A stretch of DNA of 52,227 nucleotides from Vulcanimicrobiota bacterium (GCA_003135555.1 PLCF01000056.1:173-52399); one strand, 5' to 3'. Shown: positions 1 to 9,449, numbered from the stretch's first letter. A program made the numbers and translations. Notes: generated by a model from the letters alone, not told the origin.

Positions 1-2
1 CC

Positions 3-683
3 GCGGTCGAAGCCGTGATGCGCATGGGGGTTACCGACCAAGAAGCGCGCGGGCTGCTGGGCCGGCTCAACCTCGGCGGCGACGCCGGCGACAAGCCGGT
101 CGAAGCATTCTCGGGCGGCGAGCGGCGCCGCATCATGCTGGCGCGGCTCATGGCGCAGCGCGCGGATTGCCTGTTCCTCGACGAACCGACCAACGATCTC
201 GACATCCCCAGCCGTGAAGCGCTCGAAGACGTCCTAGCCGACTACGACGGCGCGCTGTTCGTCGTCTCGCACGATCACTATCTGCTCAAGCGTCTGGGCG
301 AACGCGTCGTCGCGATTCGCGACGGTGCGGCGCACGTGGTTCCGGCCGACTACGAGACCTACGAACGCCGGCTGCACGCGCCCGCGGCGCCGCCCGCACC
401 GGCCAACGGGGCCGCCGAAACGCAGAAACCCGGCCGCCACGTTGCGCACGAGGCGAAGCTCGCGGCCGGGCGGCGCAAACGCGCCGTTACGGAAACCGAA
501 GCGCGCGTCGCGCAGCTCGACGCCGAACGCAAGCTGCTCGAAGATCAGTTCGCCGCGTCGGCCCTGTACGACGATCCCGAGCGCGTCGTCGAGTTAGGGC
601 GCGAGCTGGAGCGCGTGCGCGAAGCGACCGACGCCGCGATGGCCGCCTGGGAAGCAGCCGTCGCAGCGTTCGACGCGGGGTGA
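3..683 (+). CDS. ABC-F family ATPase (Uup-like), C-terminal part; 5' end outside the window
   Basis: Signature FSGGERRR, Walker B LFLDEPTNDLD, H-loop VVSHD, C-terminal coiled coil; the frame is open from the window start. Confidence 0.9.
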   Translation, partial: AVEAVMRMGVTDQEARGLLGRLNLGGDAGDKPVEAFSGGERRRIMLARLMAQRADCLFLDEPTNDLDIPSREALEDVLADYDGALFVVSHDHYLLKRLGERVVAIRDGAAHVVPADYETYERRLHAPAAPPAPANGAAETQKPGRHVAHEAKLAAGRRKRAVTETEARVAQLDAERKLLEDQFAASALYDDPERVVELGRELERVREATDAAMAAWEAAVAAFDAG

Positions 684-3600
684 CTACGGCGCAGGCGTCG
701 GCGTCGCCGGCGGCGCCGCTGGTTCGGGCGGCGGCGCGGTCAAATAGAACCCGAAGCGGTCGCTGAAGCCGATCGCACCGGGACGCCGCCCGTCGTCGAT
801 CCCCGCGGTCTGCAGGTGCGCGATCGGTACGGCCGCGACGTGCAAGCACTGGATCACCGCGCCTTGCGCAAGCATGTCGGTGGGCTTGATCTCGAGCCAG
901 CCCTGCGGCGCCGCGCCGTGCGCGACGATCTGGGCAACATCGGCCGGCGGCGGCGGCGACGCGCCCGAACGCTGCGCGTTACGCGCCGCCTTCACCGCCG
1001 CGACGATCGCGTCGGCGATCGGCTTCGAAGCGGTCGGACACGCGGGCGCGGGACGCTGCGCGTACGGATCCGCGGGCGCCGCAGCCGGTTCGGGGTCGGT
1101 GGAGACTCGAACGCCGACCGCTCCGCGCTCGACGACCTGCGGCGGGACGAGATAGACCCCCAGTCGCGGCGTGTAGGCGATGAAGAAACCGCGCGCCCCC
1201 GCCGCGGGGATGTAGGGGTGATATTTCTCGCGGTCGTCCGGGTTGGCGATTCCGAGCCGCGCGCAGTTCATGAACGCGGCCGACAAACGCAGGTCGCCGC
1301 CGATCGTCACCACGTACCGTGCGCCGTCGTCGTAGGAAAGGTACTCGAGGGCGACGCCGCTGACCGTTTGGCGCCCCCGCGGAAGCGTCGCCGGATAGCG
1401 CCCGCCGGTCTTTGCCGCCTCCGCGGCGGCGGAGATCCGGCCCAGCGCATCCATCACCGGCTGCGCGATGCGCGCCGCGGCCGGCGTGCACGCGTCGTTG
1501 TCGGGATCGATCTGCAGCGCGTCGGGATGGTCGCCTTCGCGCAGCGGACTGGCCTGAATGTGAACCTCGATAACGTGCCCTTCACCGCCGGCATTGGACG
1601 CGTCGGCGTTTCCGGCGCCGCTGCCGGTCGCACCCACGCGCCCGACTCGCACCGTGTAGGTCAGATTCAGCGCGCGCGGCGCGAGCGGTGTGGCCGGCAG
1701 CGCGAGGGGCGGACCGCCGGCGCGCGGCAGCGCCACGGCTTGCGCGCTCGACACGAACGGTCCGGCATGGACGTTGCCCAGGTTCGTCCCGATCAGCGCC
1801 AGCGAACCCTCGCGCAGCGGCGTGGCGAAACCGGCGTTCACAACGGTGTACGCGGGCAGGCGGCTGGGATTGTTGGCCGCGGTGTAGCTGACGTTCGCGA
1901 GCACGTCGACGACGCGGCCCAGCTTCGCCGTTGCGACCAGTCCCGCACGGTGCAGCGGCGTGCCCGGCACTTGTGCGCCGACCGGAGAGAGCGCCGCCGT
2001 GGCCGGCGTCGCCGCGGTCACAAAGCGGGACTGCACGCTGACGAAGCCGGCGAACAGCGCCTTGCCGGCCTCGAGCGTACCGGCCAGCGTCGCGCCGCGA
2101 TTGAGCTGATCGGCGGGCTGATACGATGTGAACGCGAGAGACCCGATCGTGGGCGAGCCGCAGACGTACGGCGATGACGCGAACGCACCGACCGCGGCGA
2201 GGTATGCGGGCGGTAATCCGAGGGTGGTGCCGTCGACCGCGGTGAGCACCGGCGCACCGGTGAGCCGCGCGTTCCATGCGGTCAGCGCGATCCGTCCGCG
2301 TCGGCCCGAACGCTCGACCGACGCCCGCAGCGACGACGAACGCTGGCGCGCTGCGTTGTTCGACGGAAGGTTACCGTACGCGAGCCCGTTCGCGCAGTCG
2401 AACGTCAGCGACCGCGGGTCGGGAAATGCGGTGCCGCTGACGACGAGGCCGGCGCCGGAATCGCCGGCCGACGCGGTGAGCCCGTAGGCGACGTTGCGGG
2501 TGGGCTGCCAGCGCAGATCCAAGCCGCTCGCGAACGCGGTCGAGCCGTCACTGCCGTTGACGCCGGCGCGCCCGATCAGCGTGAGCCGCGCGTTAGGATG
2601 ATAGCGGTCGATCACCGATGCGCCGTGATACGAGGTCCGCTGCGCGATGGGAAAGGTGCCCAGCGTCGTGGTGGTGCTGCCGTCGAACGCCAGCCCGTAG
2701 CTCTGCGCGGCCAGCGAGATGTCGTGACGGTCGCCGCCCGGCAGCTGCACGCCCAGGTTGAACCCGCGCGCGTTCGCGCTGAGCACGTCGCTCTGCGGCG
2801 CCGGAACGCCGGCCAGCGCGCGGCCGGGCTCATCTGACGTGTTGCGCGATGCATTCGCGAACGCACCGATCGAAACGGTGGTCGCGCCGATCGTCGCATT
2901 TTCCGACAGGGTGACCAGCCCGCTGCGCGAGTGTCCGACAGCTGCGGGGCCGTAGCCGCACGGAAAGAGCGCGACGAGCTGGCCGCACACGAGGCCGTTC
3001 TCGCCGGTGGTCCCCGTCGCGGTGAGCGTCAGCGTCTGCGAGATCGAGGGGGCCCAGCGCAGCTTCACCAAATCGCCCGATAGCAAGCGATCCCCGTCGT
3101 GACGGTACGTGAGCGCGGTCTGGTCGGTGAAGTCCAGGCCGGTGAACGGGCTGGTGCGGCCGCGCGTCGCGTGTTCGAGGACGTAGCCGAGGTTGCGCAT
3201 CGAACCCCGCGCGACGACCAGGGCCGACGAGGAGTTGTCGCTGCCGAACTGAAGCGTCGCCTGCTGTTGCGGGAAGCGCGTCGGCTGCAGCGTACGAAAG
3301 CCGACGTTCCCGCCGAGCGCGCCGTTCTGCGCGCCCGAGCTCACGCTCGCGCCGCCGAACAAGTCGGCGTTGAGCCCGCGGTCGGCCAGCGAACCGCCGA
3401 CGCCCGGGATCTGCACCCCGTCCAGACTCGTTCCCGTCTGCGAGGCGTCGTTGCCGTCGACCATCAAACCGTCGCCGCTCGACGTCACGCCCGGAAGGTC
3501 GCCTAGGGCGTCGCGCAGCGAGCTGTCGAGGAAGCGCAGCGCGTCGTCTTGCCCGACCTCGCGCGACGCGCGCGCCGGCGAGCTGGTCACTGCCACGCTG

Positions 3601-3998
3601 CCGATCTTCGTCAACGTTCCCGTCCGCTGCATTCGCACCCGGACGTTCGACGTGCGGTTGAGCGCCACGTCGAAGAGCGACGAGCGAGCCGCGACGAAAC
3701 CCCGCTTGACCACCATCGCGCGGTACGCGCCCGTCGCTACCGATTCGAAGCGCGCGTGCCCGTCGGCATCGGTGTAACCGATGACGCCGGTCTCGCCCTG
3801 CAGCAAGACGCGTGCCAAGGCGACCGGCGCGCCGGTCGCGGCGTCGACGACATCGACAACGACGTCGCTCGCATCGCCGGCGGCCGGCGCCGGGACACCG
3901 GTGCACAGCACCAGCATCAGCAGCGTGAGCAAGGCGCAAGCCGCGCGGGGCATATCTCGAACAGACCGCCGTCGCGGCGGGTGCGTGGAACGGGCCAT
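684..3998 (-). CDS. TonB-dependent receptor-like outer-membrane protein with N-terminal carboxypeptidase-regulatory-like domain and a long C-terminal extension
   Basis: Signal peptide; VVDAATGAPVALARV..TDADG..F..V..G.Y domain; plug-like SLRDALGDLPGV..GG.VGFRT; barrel-end motifs LPAYTVVNAG, NL.N, PRALNLTYT. Confidence 0.75.
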   Translation of the reverse strand: MARSTHPPRRRSVRDMPRAACALLTLLMLVLCTGVPAPAAGDASDVVVDVVDAATGAPVALARVLLQGETGVIGYTDADGHARFESVATGAYRAMVVKRGFVAARSSLFDVALNRTSNVRVRMQRTGTLTKIGSVAVTSSPARASREVGQDDALRFLDSSLRDALGDLPGVTSSGDGLMVDGNDASQTGTSLDGVQIPGVGGSLADRGLNADLFGGASVSSGAQNGALGGNVGFRTLQPTRFPQQQATLQFGSDNSSSALVVARGSMRNLGYVLEHATRGRTSPFTGLDFTDQTALTYRHDGDRLLSGDLVKLRWAPSISQTLTLTATGTTGENGLVCGQLVALFPCGYGPAAVGHSRSGLVTLSENATIGATTVSIGAFANASRNTSDEPGRALAGVPAPQSDVLSANARGFNLGVQLPGGDRHDISLAAQSYGLAFDGSTTTTLGTFPIAQRTSYHGASVIDRYHPNARLTLIGRAGVNGSDGSTAFASGLDLRWQPTRNVAYGLTASAGDSGAGLVVSGTAFPDPRSLTFDCANGLAYGNLPSNNAARQRSSSLRASVERSGRRGRIALTAWNARLTGAPVLTAVDGTTLGLPPAYLAAVGAFASSPYVCGSPTIGSLAFTSYQPADQLNRGATLAGTLEAGKALFAGFVSVQSRFVTAATPATAALSPVGAQVPGTPLHRAGLVATAKLGRVVDVLANVSYTAANNPSRLPAYTVVNAGFATPLREGSLALIGTNLGNVHAGPFVSSAQAVALPRAGGPPLALPATPLAPRALNLTYTVRVGRVGATGSGAGNADASNAGGEGHVIEVHIQASPLREGDHPDALQIDPDNDACTPAAARIAQPVMDALGRISAAAEAAKTGGRYPATLPRGRQTVSGVALEYLSYDDGARYVVTIGGDLRLSAAFMNCARLGIANPDDREKYHPYIPAAGARGFFIAYTPRLGVYLVPPQVVERGAVGVRVSTDPEPAAAPADPYAQRPAPACPTASKPIADAIVAAVKAARNAQRSGASPPPPADVAQIVAHGAAPQGWLEIKPTDMLAQGAVIQCLHVAAVPIAHLQTAGIDDGRRPGAIGFSDRFGFYLTAPPPEPAAPPATPTPAP

Positions 3999-4007
3999 CG
4001 GAAACCT

Positions 4008-5297
4008 CTAGCGGGGCGTTACTTCGAGCGACTTCGTCAAACGATCGAGCTCAGCGCGGTTCACATGTGTGGCAAGCCGGTTGAGGATGGCGGCGGCTTC
4101 GCCTGGGGTGCGCCCGGAAAACAGCGTTTGGACGTCATCGCCGGACTTGAGCACGAACACGGCGGCGCCGCGCACGGTCGTGCGTTTACCGTTGGGGCCT
4201 AACACGTACATCTCGGTCTTGCGGATCTCGGTGATACGCTGCGAACCAGCGACCGCGATCGTCGGCGCCAGCGGCATCGCTACGCCGACGACACCGAGAG
4301 AAATCGCGAGCACCAGCGTCACCGGAACGACCGCAACGCGATGCGGAGTGATGCGGCCGTGAGCCAGCACCTCTTCGACGCGCAGCGAGAGTTGGCGGCG
4401 GGTGACGAAGATCGCCGAAGCCGCGATGCGCCGATGCGGCCAGGCCGTCGATTCCGCCATGCGCGTCAGGCCGACGGCGTACGAACGTACGTCCGCGGTC
4501 GCTTCGACGACCCGGGCGTCGCACGCGATCTCGCGCTCGAGATCGAGGCGCCGTGCGATAATGTGTACCGCGGGGTTGAAGAACAATGCTACTTGCGCCA
4601 GGCGCTGCACGGCCGTGGTCCAGTCGTCGCGCCGTTCCAAGTGCGCCAGCTCGTGGAGCACGAAACGGTCGACATCGGCGGCGTCGAACTCGTCGAGCAC
4701 GCGTTGCGGCAGCACGATCATGCCGTCGAAGAGGCCGACCGCGACCGGAACCTCGACGCGGTCTGAAACGCACAAACGAATCCGCCGTCCGCGGGCGGAT
4801 TGGGAATGAGCGCGCCACAGCGGCAACGCGTTGCGGCGGTCTGGGCTCAGTGGAAGCGCATCGCGCTTGAGGCGCGCCAGCACGACCACGCCTGCGGCGA
4901 AGCGTGCGGTCCCGGCGAGCACGAACAGCAGCCAGAGCGCCGCCGCCCCGTAGGCGGCCACCGGGGGCACGGCGATGCGCGGACGCTCGTGCCCAAATGA
5001 CGCCGGCGTAAGCGGGCCGGCACGAGAGCCGCCGGGTTGGCTGACGAACACCTCGAGATGGGCCGCCGCGCGCGACTGCGTCGCAACGGTCGTGACCAGC
5101 GGCCCGAGCAGTGCGGCGATGAGCGCGACGTACCACACCGCGTAGCGCGCCCCCGCGTCGAGCGGTCGCACGAGCCGCACGATGAGCGCGGCCAGCACGG
5201 TGACGATCGCACCCATCCAAAGCGCCGTGATCAGGTACGTGAGCACCCAGCGCGCGACCGATTCGTATGGCGCGAGAGCGGACAGCAGAGCGTTCAT
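4008..5297 (-). CDS. M56 family (BlaR1/MecR1-like) membrane metallopeptidase with no penicillin-binding domain
   Basis: N-terminal TM helices, RYAVW, HELAHLERRD zinc motif, FFNP, REIACD, LSLRV; overlaps the blaI-like gene by 4 nt. Confidence 0.9.
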   Translation of the reverse strand: MNALLSALAPYESVARWVLTYLITALWMGAIVTVLAALIVRLVRPLDAGARYAVWYVALIAALLGPLVTTVATQSRAAAHLEVFVSQPGGSRAGPLTPASFGHERPRIAVPPVAAYGAAALWLLFVLAGTARFAAGVVVLARLKRDALPLSPDRRNALPLWRAHSQSARGRRIRLCVSDRVEVPVAVGLFDGMIVLPQRVLDEFDAADVDRFVLHELAHLERRDDWTTAVQRLAQVALFFNPAVHIIARRLDLEREIACDARVVEATADVRSYAVGLTRMAESTAWPHRRIAASAIFVTRRQLSLRVEEVLAHGRITPHRVAVVPVTLVLAISLGVVGVAMPLAPTIAVAGSQRITEIRKTEMYVLGPNGKRTTVRGAAVFVLKSGDDVQTLFSGRTPGEAAAILNRLATHVNRAELDRLTKSLEVTPR

Positions 5298-5680
5298 CGC
5301 CTGTCCTCCTCGTAACGCTCGATCAGCGCGCGCAGCTGTCGCAGCTCTTCGGGCAAGGGCCGGTCGCGTTCGACCAGCCGCATCGCCAGATCGAGCGGCT
5401 TGCCGGCGAAGAACCGCTTGAGGACGTGGCCGACGTCTTTGTTCGCCGCTTCGTCGCGCGCGATGACCGGCCGGTACACGTACGCCCGGTTGACCTCGTG
5501 GTGCGCGGCGTAGCCTTTGCGCTCGAGGATCCGCAGCATCGTGAGCACCGTGCTGTACGAGAGCGGCGGCGTGCCGGTATGCCCGACGACCTCGCTCACG
5601 GTCGCATTCGGCCGCTTCCAGAGGATCTCCATGAGCCGAAGCTCCGCGTCCGTGAGGACCGGAGAACCACGTCGCGCCAA
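5294..5680 (-). CDS. BlaI/MecI/CopY family transcriptional repressor
   Basis: LTDAELRLMEILW..YSTVLTMLRILERKG..AYVYRP..FFAG; TTG start with GGAGG upstream. Confidence 0.92.
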   Translation of the reverse strand: MARRGSPVLTDAELRLMEILWKRPNATVSEVVGHTGTPPLSYSTVLTMLRILERKGYAAHHEVNRAYVYRPVIARDEAANKDVGHVLKRFFAGKPLDLAMRLVERDRPLPEELRQLRALIERYEEDRR

Positions 5681-5697
5681 GGCCGCCTCCCGAATGT

Positions 5698-5760
5698 CCG
5701 CTAAAGAATTAATAGGACGATAACACGGCCCGCGCGGCGTGTCAATTAATTCTTTAGCGG
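5698..5760 (-). promoter_or_regulatory. Sigma70-type promoter of the blaI operon flanked by two inverted 16-bp operator copies
   Basis: Minus strand TTGACA (5745-5740), 17 bp, TATCGT (5722-5717) with extended TG; perfect inverted repeat CCGCTAAAGAATTAAT at 5698-5713 and 5745-5760. Confidence 0.8.
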
Positions 5761-5768
5761 CGCTGCTT

Positions 5769-6116
5769 TCAGTGGGGTCGTACGGTCAAGCGGAACTGCG
5801 CGGACTTGCTGTTGAGACGATCGACGTACGTATACGACCCGATCCCGTTCTGCATGAGGGTGATGCTGCTGCCTTTGCCCTCGAGCACGTTGGGGGCCAG
5901 TTCACCTGAATCGGGACCGCTCGCTTTGGCGATTTGATGCGGCTTGTGATCGCGAACCGTGAAGCGGACGCGGTCGCCGTAGGCGATCGTCGACGCCGCC
6001 GGCGAGAAACCCGTGCCGGTGAGGTGGACGACGACCTCGCGCCCGATCGGCGCGGCGAGCGCTACGCTCGTGGTGGCGGCCACGAGGGCCGCGATGACGA
6101 TGGGTGGGACGCGCAT
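5769..6116 (-). CDS. Secreted cupredoxin-fold-like protein, apparently lacking the type-1 Cu ligands
   Basis: Signal peptide; GFSP..TI..GDRVRF..HQI..GSYTY pattern, but YVDRLN where C-x2-H-x2-M is expected. Confidence 0.55.
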   Translation of the reverse strand: MRVPPIVIAALVAATTSVALAAPIGREVVVHLTGTGFSPAASTIAYGDRVRFTVRDHKPHQIAKASGPDSGELAPNVLEGKGSSITLMQNGIGSYTYVDRLNSKSAQFRLTVRPH

Positions 6117-6279
6117 GACGAACCCTCCGGCCACCGGATGACGGGCGCTCCGTACGCACCCGTACAAAGCTGGCGTTCGTCGCGCGTATGAAGGCCCCCC
6201 TAACGGAAGCCTGCGCTTGGCGAACTATCGAATTAGTGGCCCAGGACCACCGCGACGCGCGTGGGAACGCACGCGCTCG

Positions 6280-7005
6280 ATGTCGCGTCCGCTCTTCACC
6301 ATCGCGTCGTGCCTCGCGCTGTGGGGTGTCGGGGGCGCGCTCGCCGGCGCCCAAAGCTCCGATGCGCCGCCGGCCTGTGCGCAACCGAAGGCGCCGGCGC
6401 GCGTGCTGCAGGCTGCGCAACCGGTGGTGCTGCCCGAGCAGACGCACTACGGGATCGGCGGCAGCGTTCGCGTCGCGGTTTCGGTCGACGCGGGCGGTGC
6501 GGTCCGGGCCGCCGATGCAACGTCGTCTTCGATCCCGCTCTTCGTCGCGCCGGCGCTCACGGTCGCACGCGCGACACGGTTCGCGCCGGAGGTCCGCAAC
6601 TGCGTCCCGGTCGCCGGCCGGTTCTTGTTCGACGTCGACTACGATCTCCCCAACCAGATCCCGCCGCAGCGGGTCGATCCCGTCGCCTACTTGCCGGGTG
6701 CGTGGCGCTGCACCGCGCCCGATGCCGGCGCGCGCACGCTGATTTTCGTGCGGAGCGGTAAGGGACTCATCGAGAGCGACGGCGCCACGACGATGCTGCT
6801 CGAGCCGGATCGGTATCGCATCTGGCGTCTGCGCGGCGACGCGTACAGCGGCTGGGCCTTCCCGTGGGTCGACGAAACGTGGGCCTTGAGCACGCACCTC
6901 GCCAAGGACAGCGCGGCGCGGCTGCAGCGCATCGACGATGCCACGTTCGCCCTCGCGACCACCGCGCAGGCCGAGCGGTGCACCCGCGTGGCGGCGGCCC
7001 CATGA
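6280..7005 (+). CDS. Exported protein: N-terminal TonB_C-like domain plus C-terminal beta domain
   Basis: Signal peptide; GSVRVAVSVDAGGAV..SS..AL..AR.TRFAPEVRNC.PV; second domain begins YLPGAWRC. Confidence 0.65.
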   Translation: MSRPLFTIASCLALWGVGGALAGAQSSDAPPACAQPKAPARVLQAAQPVVLPEQTHYGIGGSVRVAVSVDAGGAVRAADATSSSIPLFVAPALTVARATRFAPEVRNCVPVAGRFLFDVDYDLPNQIPPQRVDPVAYLPGAWRCTAPDAGARTLIFVRSGKGLIESDGATTMLLEPDRYRIWRLRGDAYSGWAFPWVDETWALSTHLAKDSAARLQRIDDATFALATTAQAERCTRVAAAP

Positions 7006-7775
7006 GGTCGCGCGCAGCGGCGTGCGCGTTGCTCCTGCTCGCGCCGCTGTTGATCGGCGCGTCGCCCGAGCCCGTGGCGTCGCCGCCCGCGGATCACGTG
7101 TACGCGCTCGCCGCGCGCTGGACGTGCCGCACGATCCTGCGGTCGCAGACGCGCTTGGTCGGAACGCGCAGCGGCGACGTCATCGACGTGAGCGACGAAC
7201 TCAGGCCCGTCGGCGACACCCGCCACCTGCTGCGCGACCACTACGAGTTCGACGCCGCAGCCGGTCTGTGGCACGTGCAAACCGCGGTCGGCTCGTCGGT
7301 CGCGGTGCGCGCGATCGCGCCGCCGTGGACGGGTCCGACCTGGGACGTCATCGGGCGCGGGCCGTCGGACCGCGCGTTCCGCATCCGGTACGAGTTGCTT
7401 CCCGGCGGCGATCTGCGACGTACCTTTGCCGACGACGTTCCGGGGCAGGGCATTTTCCACGTTACCGGAGGCGAGCGCTGCAGCCCGGGCGATACGCCGC
7501 CGCCCGCCGACGCCTGCATCGTCGAGAACTTCCCCGCGCACACGCTCGTCGCGGTCGAGCCGCGCGTCGATATGTTCGGCCTGCCCGGCGGCACCGTGCA
7601 GGTCGTCGTCGCGCTGGACGCGGCCTCGAACGTCGTGTCGACGGCCATCGCGAGCAGCCCGTCGGCCGCGTTCAACAAGGTCGCGCTCGACACCGCGCGC
7701 GATTCGAGTTTTCAAACCGAGGTTCGCGGCTGTAAACCGGTCGCCGCGAAGTACATCTTCTCGGTCAGCTTCTGA
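7002..7775 (+). CDS. Exported protein: N-terminal beta domain plus C-terminal TonB_C domain
   Basis: ATGA overlap with the previous gene; ALAARWTC domain, then GTVQVVVALD..SSPSAAFNKVALDTARDSSFQTEVRGCKPV..Y.F.V.F. Confidence 0.7.
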   Translation: MRSRAAACALLLLAPLLIGASPEPVASPPADHVYALAARWTCRTILRSQTRLVGTRSGDVIDVSDELRPVGDTRHLLRDHYEFDAAAGLWHVQTAVGSSVAVRAIAPPWTGPTWDVIGRGPSDRAFRIRYELLPGGDLRRTFADDVPGQGIFHVTGGERCSPGDTPPPADACIVENFPAHTLVAVEPRVDMFGLPGGTVQVVVALDAASNVVSTAIASSPSAAFNKVALDTARDSSFQTEVRGCKPVAAKYIFSVSF

Positions 7776-8295
7776 GCGGGTCACCGCGCCAAACGGCGAG
7801 GACTTGCGGCGCGGCCTCCCGCGCGCGGGCGTCGAGCTGCTCGGCAGTGAGCGTGCTGAGCGGGTGCATGACCACCACGGGCCGCAGCCCGTCCATCCCC
7901 AGCGCCGCTCGCTGAACCGCCGCCTCGTGTTCGAAGACCGTCGTCACGATGACGGCGGCGGGCAGACCGGACTCTTCCAACCGGACGGTGTCGTACGTAC
8001 AGCACGACGTGCAGCTGCCTCAATCACCGATGCCGACGAGCGCGACGTCGTTCTCGGCGACGATGCGCGCGATCAACTCGGGCTCGGCGTTGACCGAGAA
8101 GCTCTCTTTCTTGTAGCGGGTGACCGACGCAAACGGCGTCTGCTCGCCCAGGATCGCCGCGGTGCGCTCGAGCACCCGCCAGCCGTTCCACTTGGTGTTG
8201 TCGAGCACGCCGAGCCGCAAGCCCGCCGCCGAGCCGACGCGCGGCGCGATTTCGCGGTGCTCGGCGTGGACGACGCCGCGCGGATCGTAGATCAC
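7765..8295 (-). CDS. UGSC-family selenoprotein (in-frame UGA = Sec at codon 92)
   Basis: GTG start overlaps the upstream stop (GTGA). Reading through TGA at 8022-8020 joins two ORF-track fragments into 176 aa: LGVLDNTKWN..VALVGIGD-U-GSCTSCCTYDTVRLEESGLPAAVIVT..HPLS. A SECIS-like hairpin follows the UGA. Confidence 0.88.
7990..8008 (-). promoter_or_regulatory. Candidate bacterial SECIS hairpin
   Basis: Minus strand GUCGUGC-UGUAC-GUACGAC: 7-bp stem with one G-U pair, GU in the loop, starting 11 nt after the UGA. Confidence 0.65.
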
Positions 8296-9407
8296 AGCGC
8301 GCACGTTCCGTCGGCGCACATCGCGCCGGCGCCGGCGGTGCCGTCGATCTTGCGCAGCACCGGGCTGGTCATGCGGCCCCAGCCGGGGATGAAGGCCGAG
8401 AAGCGGCCGGCCGCGCCGCCGGCGACGAAGAGATGGATGTCGTCGGGCGTCGGCACGATCGGGATGCGCGCGCCCGTCTCGCGCTTGTACCAGGCCGGAA
8501 GCGCCTTGTTGTACACCTTGCCGCCGCCGGCGTAGCGGTCGTTGAAGCTGACCTCGCCCCAGGTGTTGCCGGCGTTCATCCAGAGATAGCTGCGCACGTC
8601 GAGGCGGGTGAAGCCTGACGCGGCGATGGTGTCGGCGTGCTCGGGGCCGATGACGACCGCGCACGACCCGCTCGCAACGGCGTTGTTGTGCGCGATCGTG
8701 CTCATCGCCGAGACGATGCTGTCGAGCACGCCCTGCGCGTCGTTCGCAACGTGGTTCACCACGCTGTGCGGGGGCTCGGCCGCGATCACGAAGACGGTGC
8801 TGTCCTCGGGCGCCATCCCGTGTTCGACGTGATACGGCGCCCAGGGGCTGAGCTCTTCGTTCTCGGCGATGCAGTATGTGTACTTGCCCGGGTGGCCCAG
8901 CGTGCTCTTGTCGAGATCGCCCGGCGTCGCGCCGCCGACGGTGAGCAGGATCAGGCGGATCGCGCGCCCGATCGTCGCGTTGGCGCGGTTGCCCGAACCG
9001 AACACGTTGTGTCCGGCGTTCATCCCGATCGCGTTGCGAATCGGCCCGTTGACGACCAGCAGCGGCGCCGCCATGTGCGTGGTCGCTTGCACGCCGTTGA
9101 GGTTCCATTGTTTCGTGCACAGCGCCAGCATCGCAGCACGCACCACCGGCGCGTACTCGGGCTTGCAGCCCGCCATCACCATGTTGATCGCGAGCACCTG
9201 ACGCGTGAGCGTCCCGCGCCGCGGCGGGATCACCGCTTCGGGAAACTCGGGCTCCCCGCCGAGCGCCTCGACCATCGCGTCGATCTTGTGCGGCGTCGGC
9301 GGCACGACCGGCAGCCCGTCGCTCCACGCTTGCTCGAAGTAGTGCTCGATCGGATCGATCGGTGCGCGCGCCGGCGCATCTGCGCCGTTCATCATCGTCG
9401 AGCTCAT
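8292..9407 (-). CDS. Conserved partner protein of the UGSC selenoprotein, function unknown
   Basis: WSDGLPVVPPT, NMVMAGCKPEY, NRANATIGRAIRL, ENEE.SPW motifs; C-terminal CADGTC; translationally coupled to the UGSC gene. Confidence 0.8.
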   Translation of the reverse strand: MSSTMMNGADAPARAPIDPIEHYFEQAWSDGLPVVPPTPHKIDAMVEALGGEPEFPEAVIPPRRGTLTRQVLAINMVMAGCKPEYAPVVRAAMLALCTKQWNLNGVQATTHMAAPLLVVNGPIRNAIGMNAGHNVFGSGNRANATIGRAIRLILLTVGGATPGDLDKSTLGHPGKYTYCIAENEELSPWAPYHVEHGMAPEDSTVFVIAAEPPHSVVNHVANDAQGVLDSIVSAMSTIAHNNAVASGSCAVVIGPEHADTIAASGFTRLDVRSYLWMNAGNTWGEVSFNDRYAGGGKVYNKALPAWYKRETGARIPIVPTPDDIHLFVAGGAAGRFSAFIPGWGRMTSPVLRKIDGTAGAGAMCADGTCAL

Positions 9408-9449
9408 GCTCGACGGGTACGACGCCCGCCCGAACTTCCCCGCGCTGAG

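Noticed and set aside
4008..5680. Beta-lactam resistance locus
   Set aside because: No beta-lactamase gene and no penicillin-binding sensor domain
8020..9327. 435-aa ORF from the track
   Set aside because: Only the last ~91 codons are real (selenoprotein N-half); the rest is an off-frame shadow of 8292-9407
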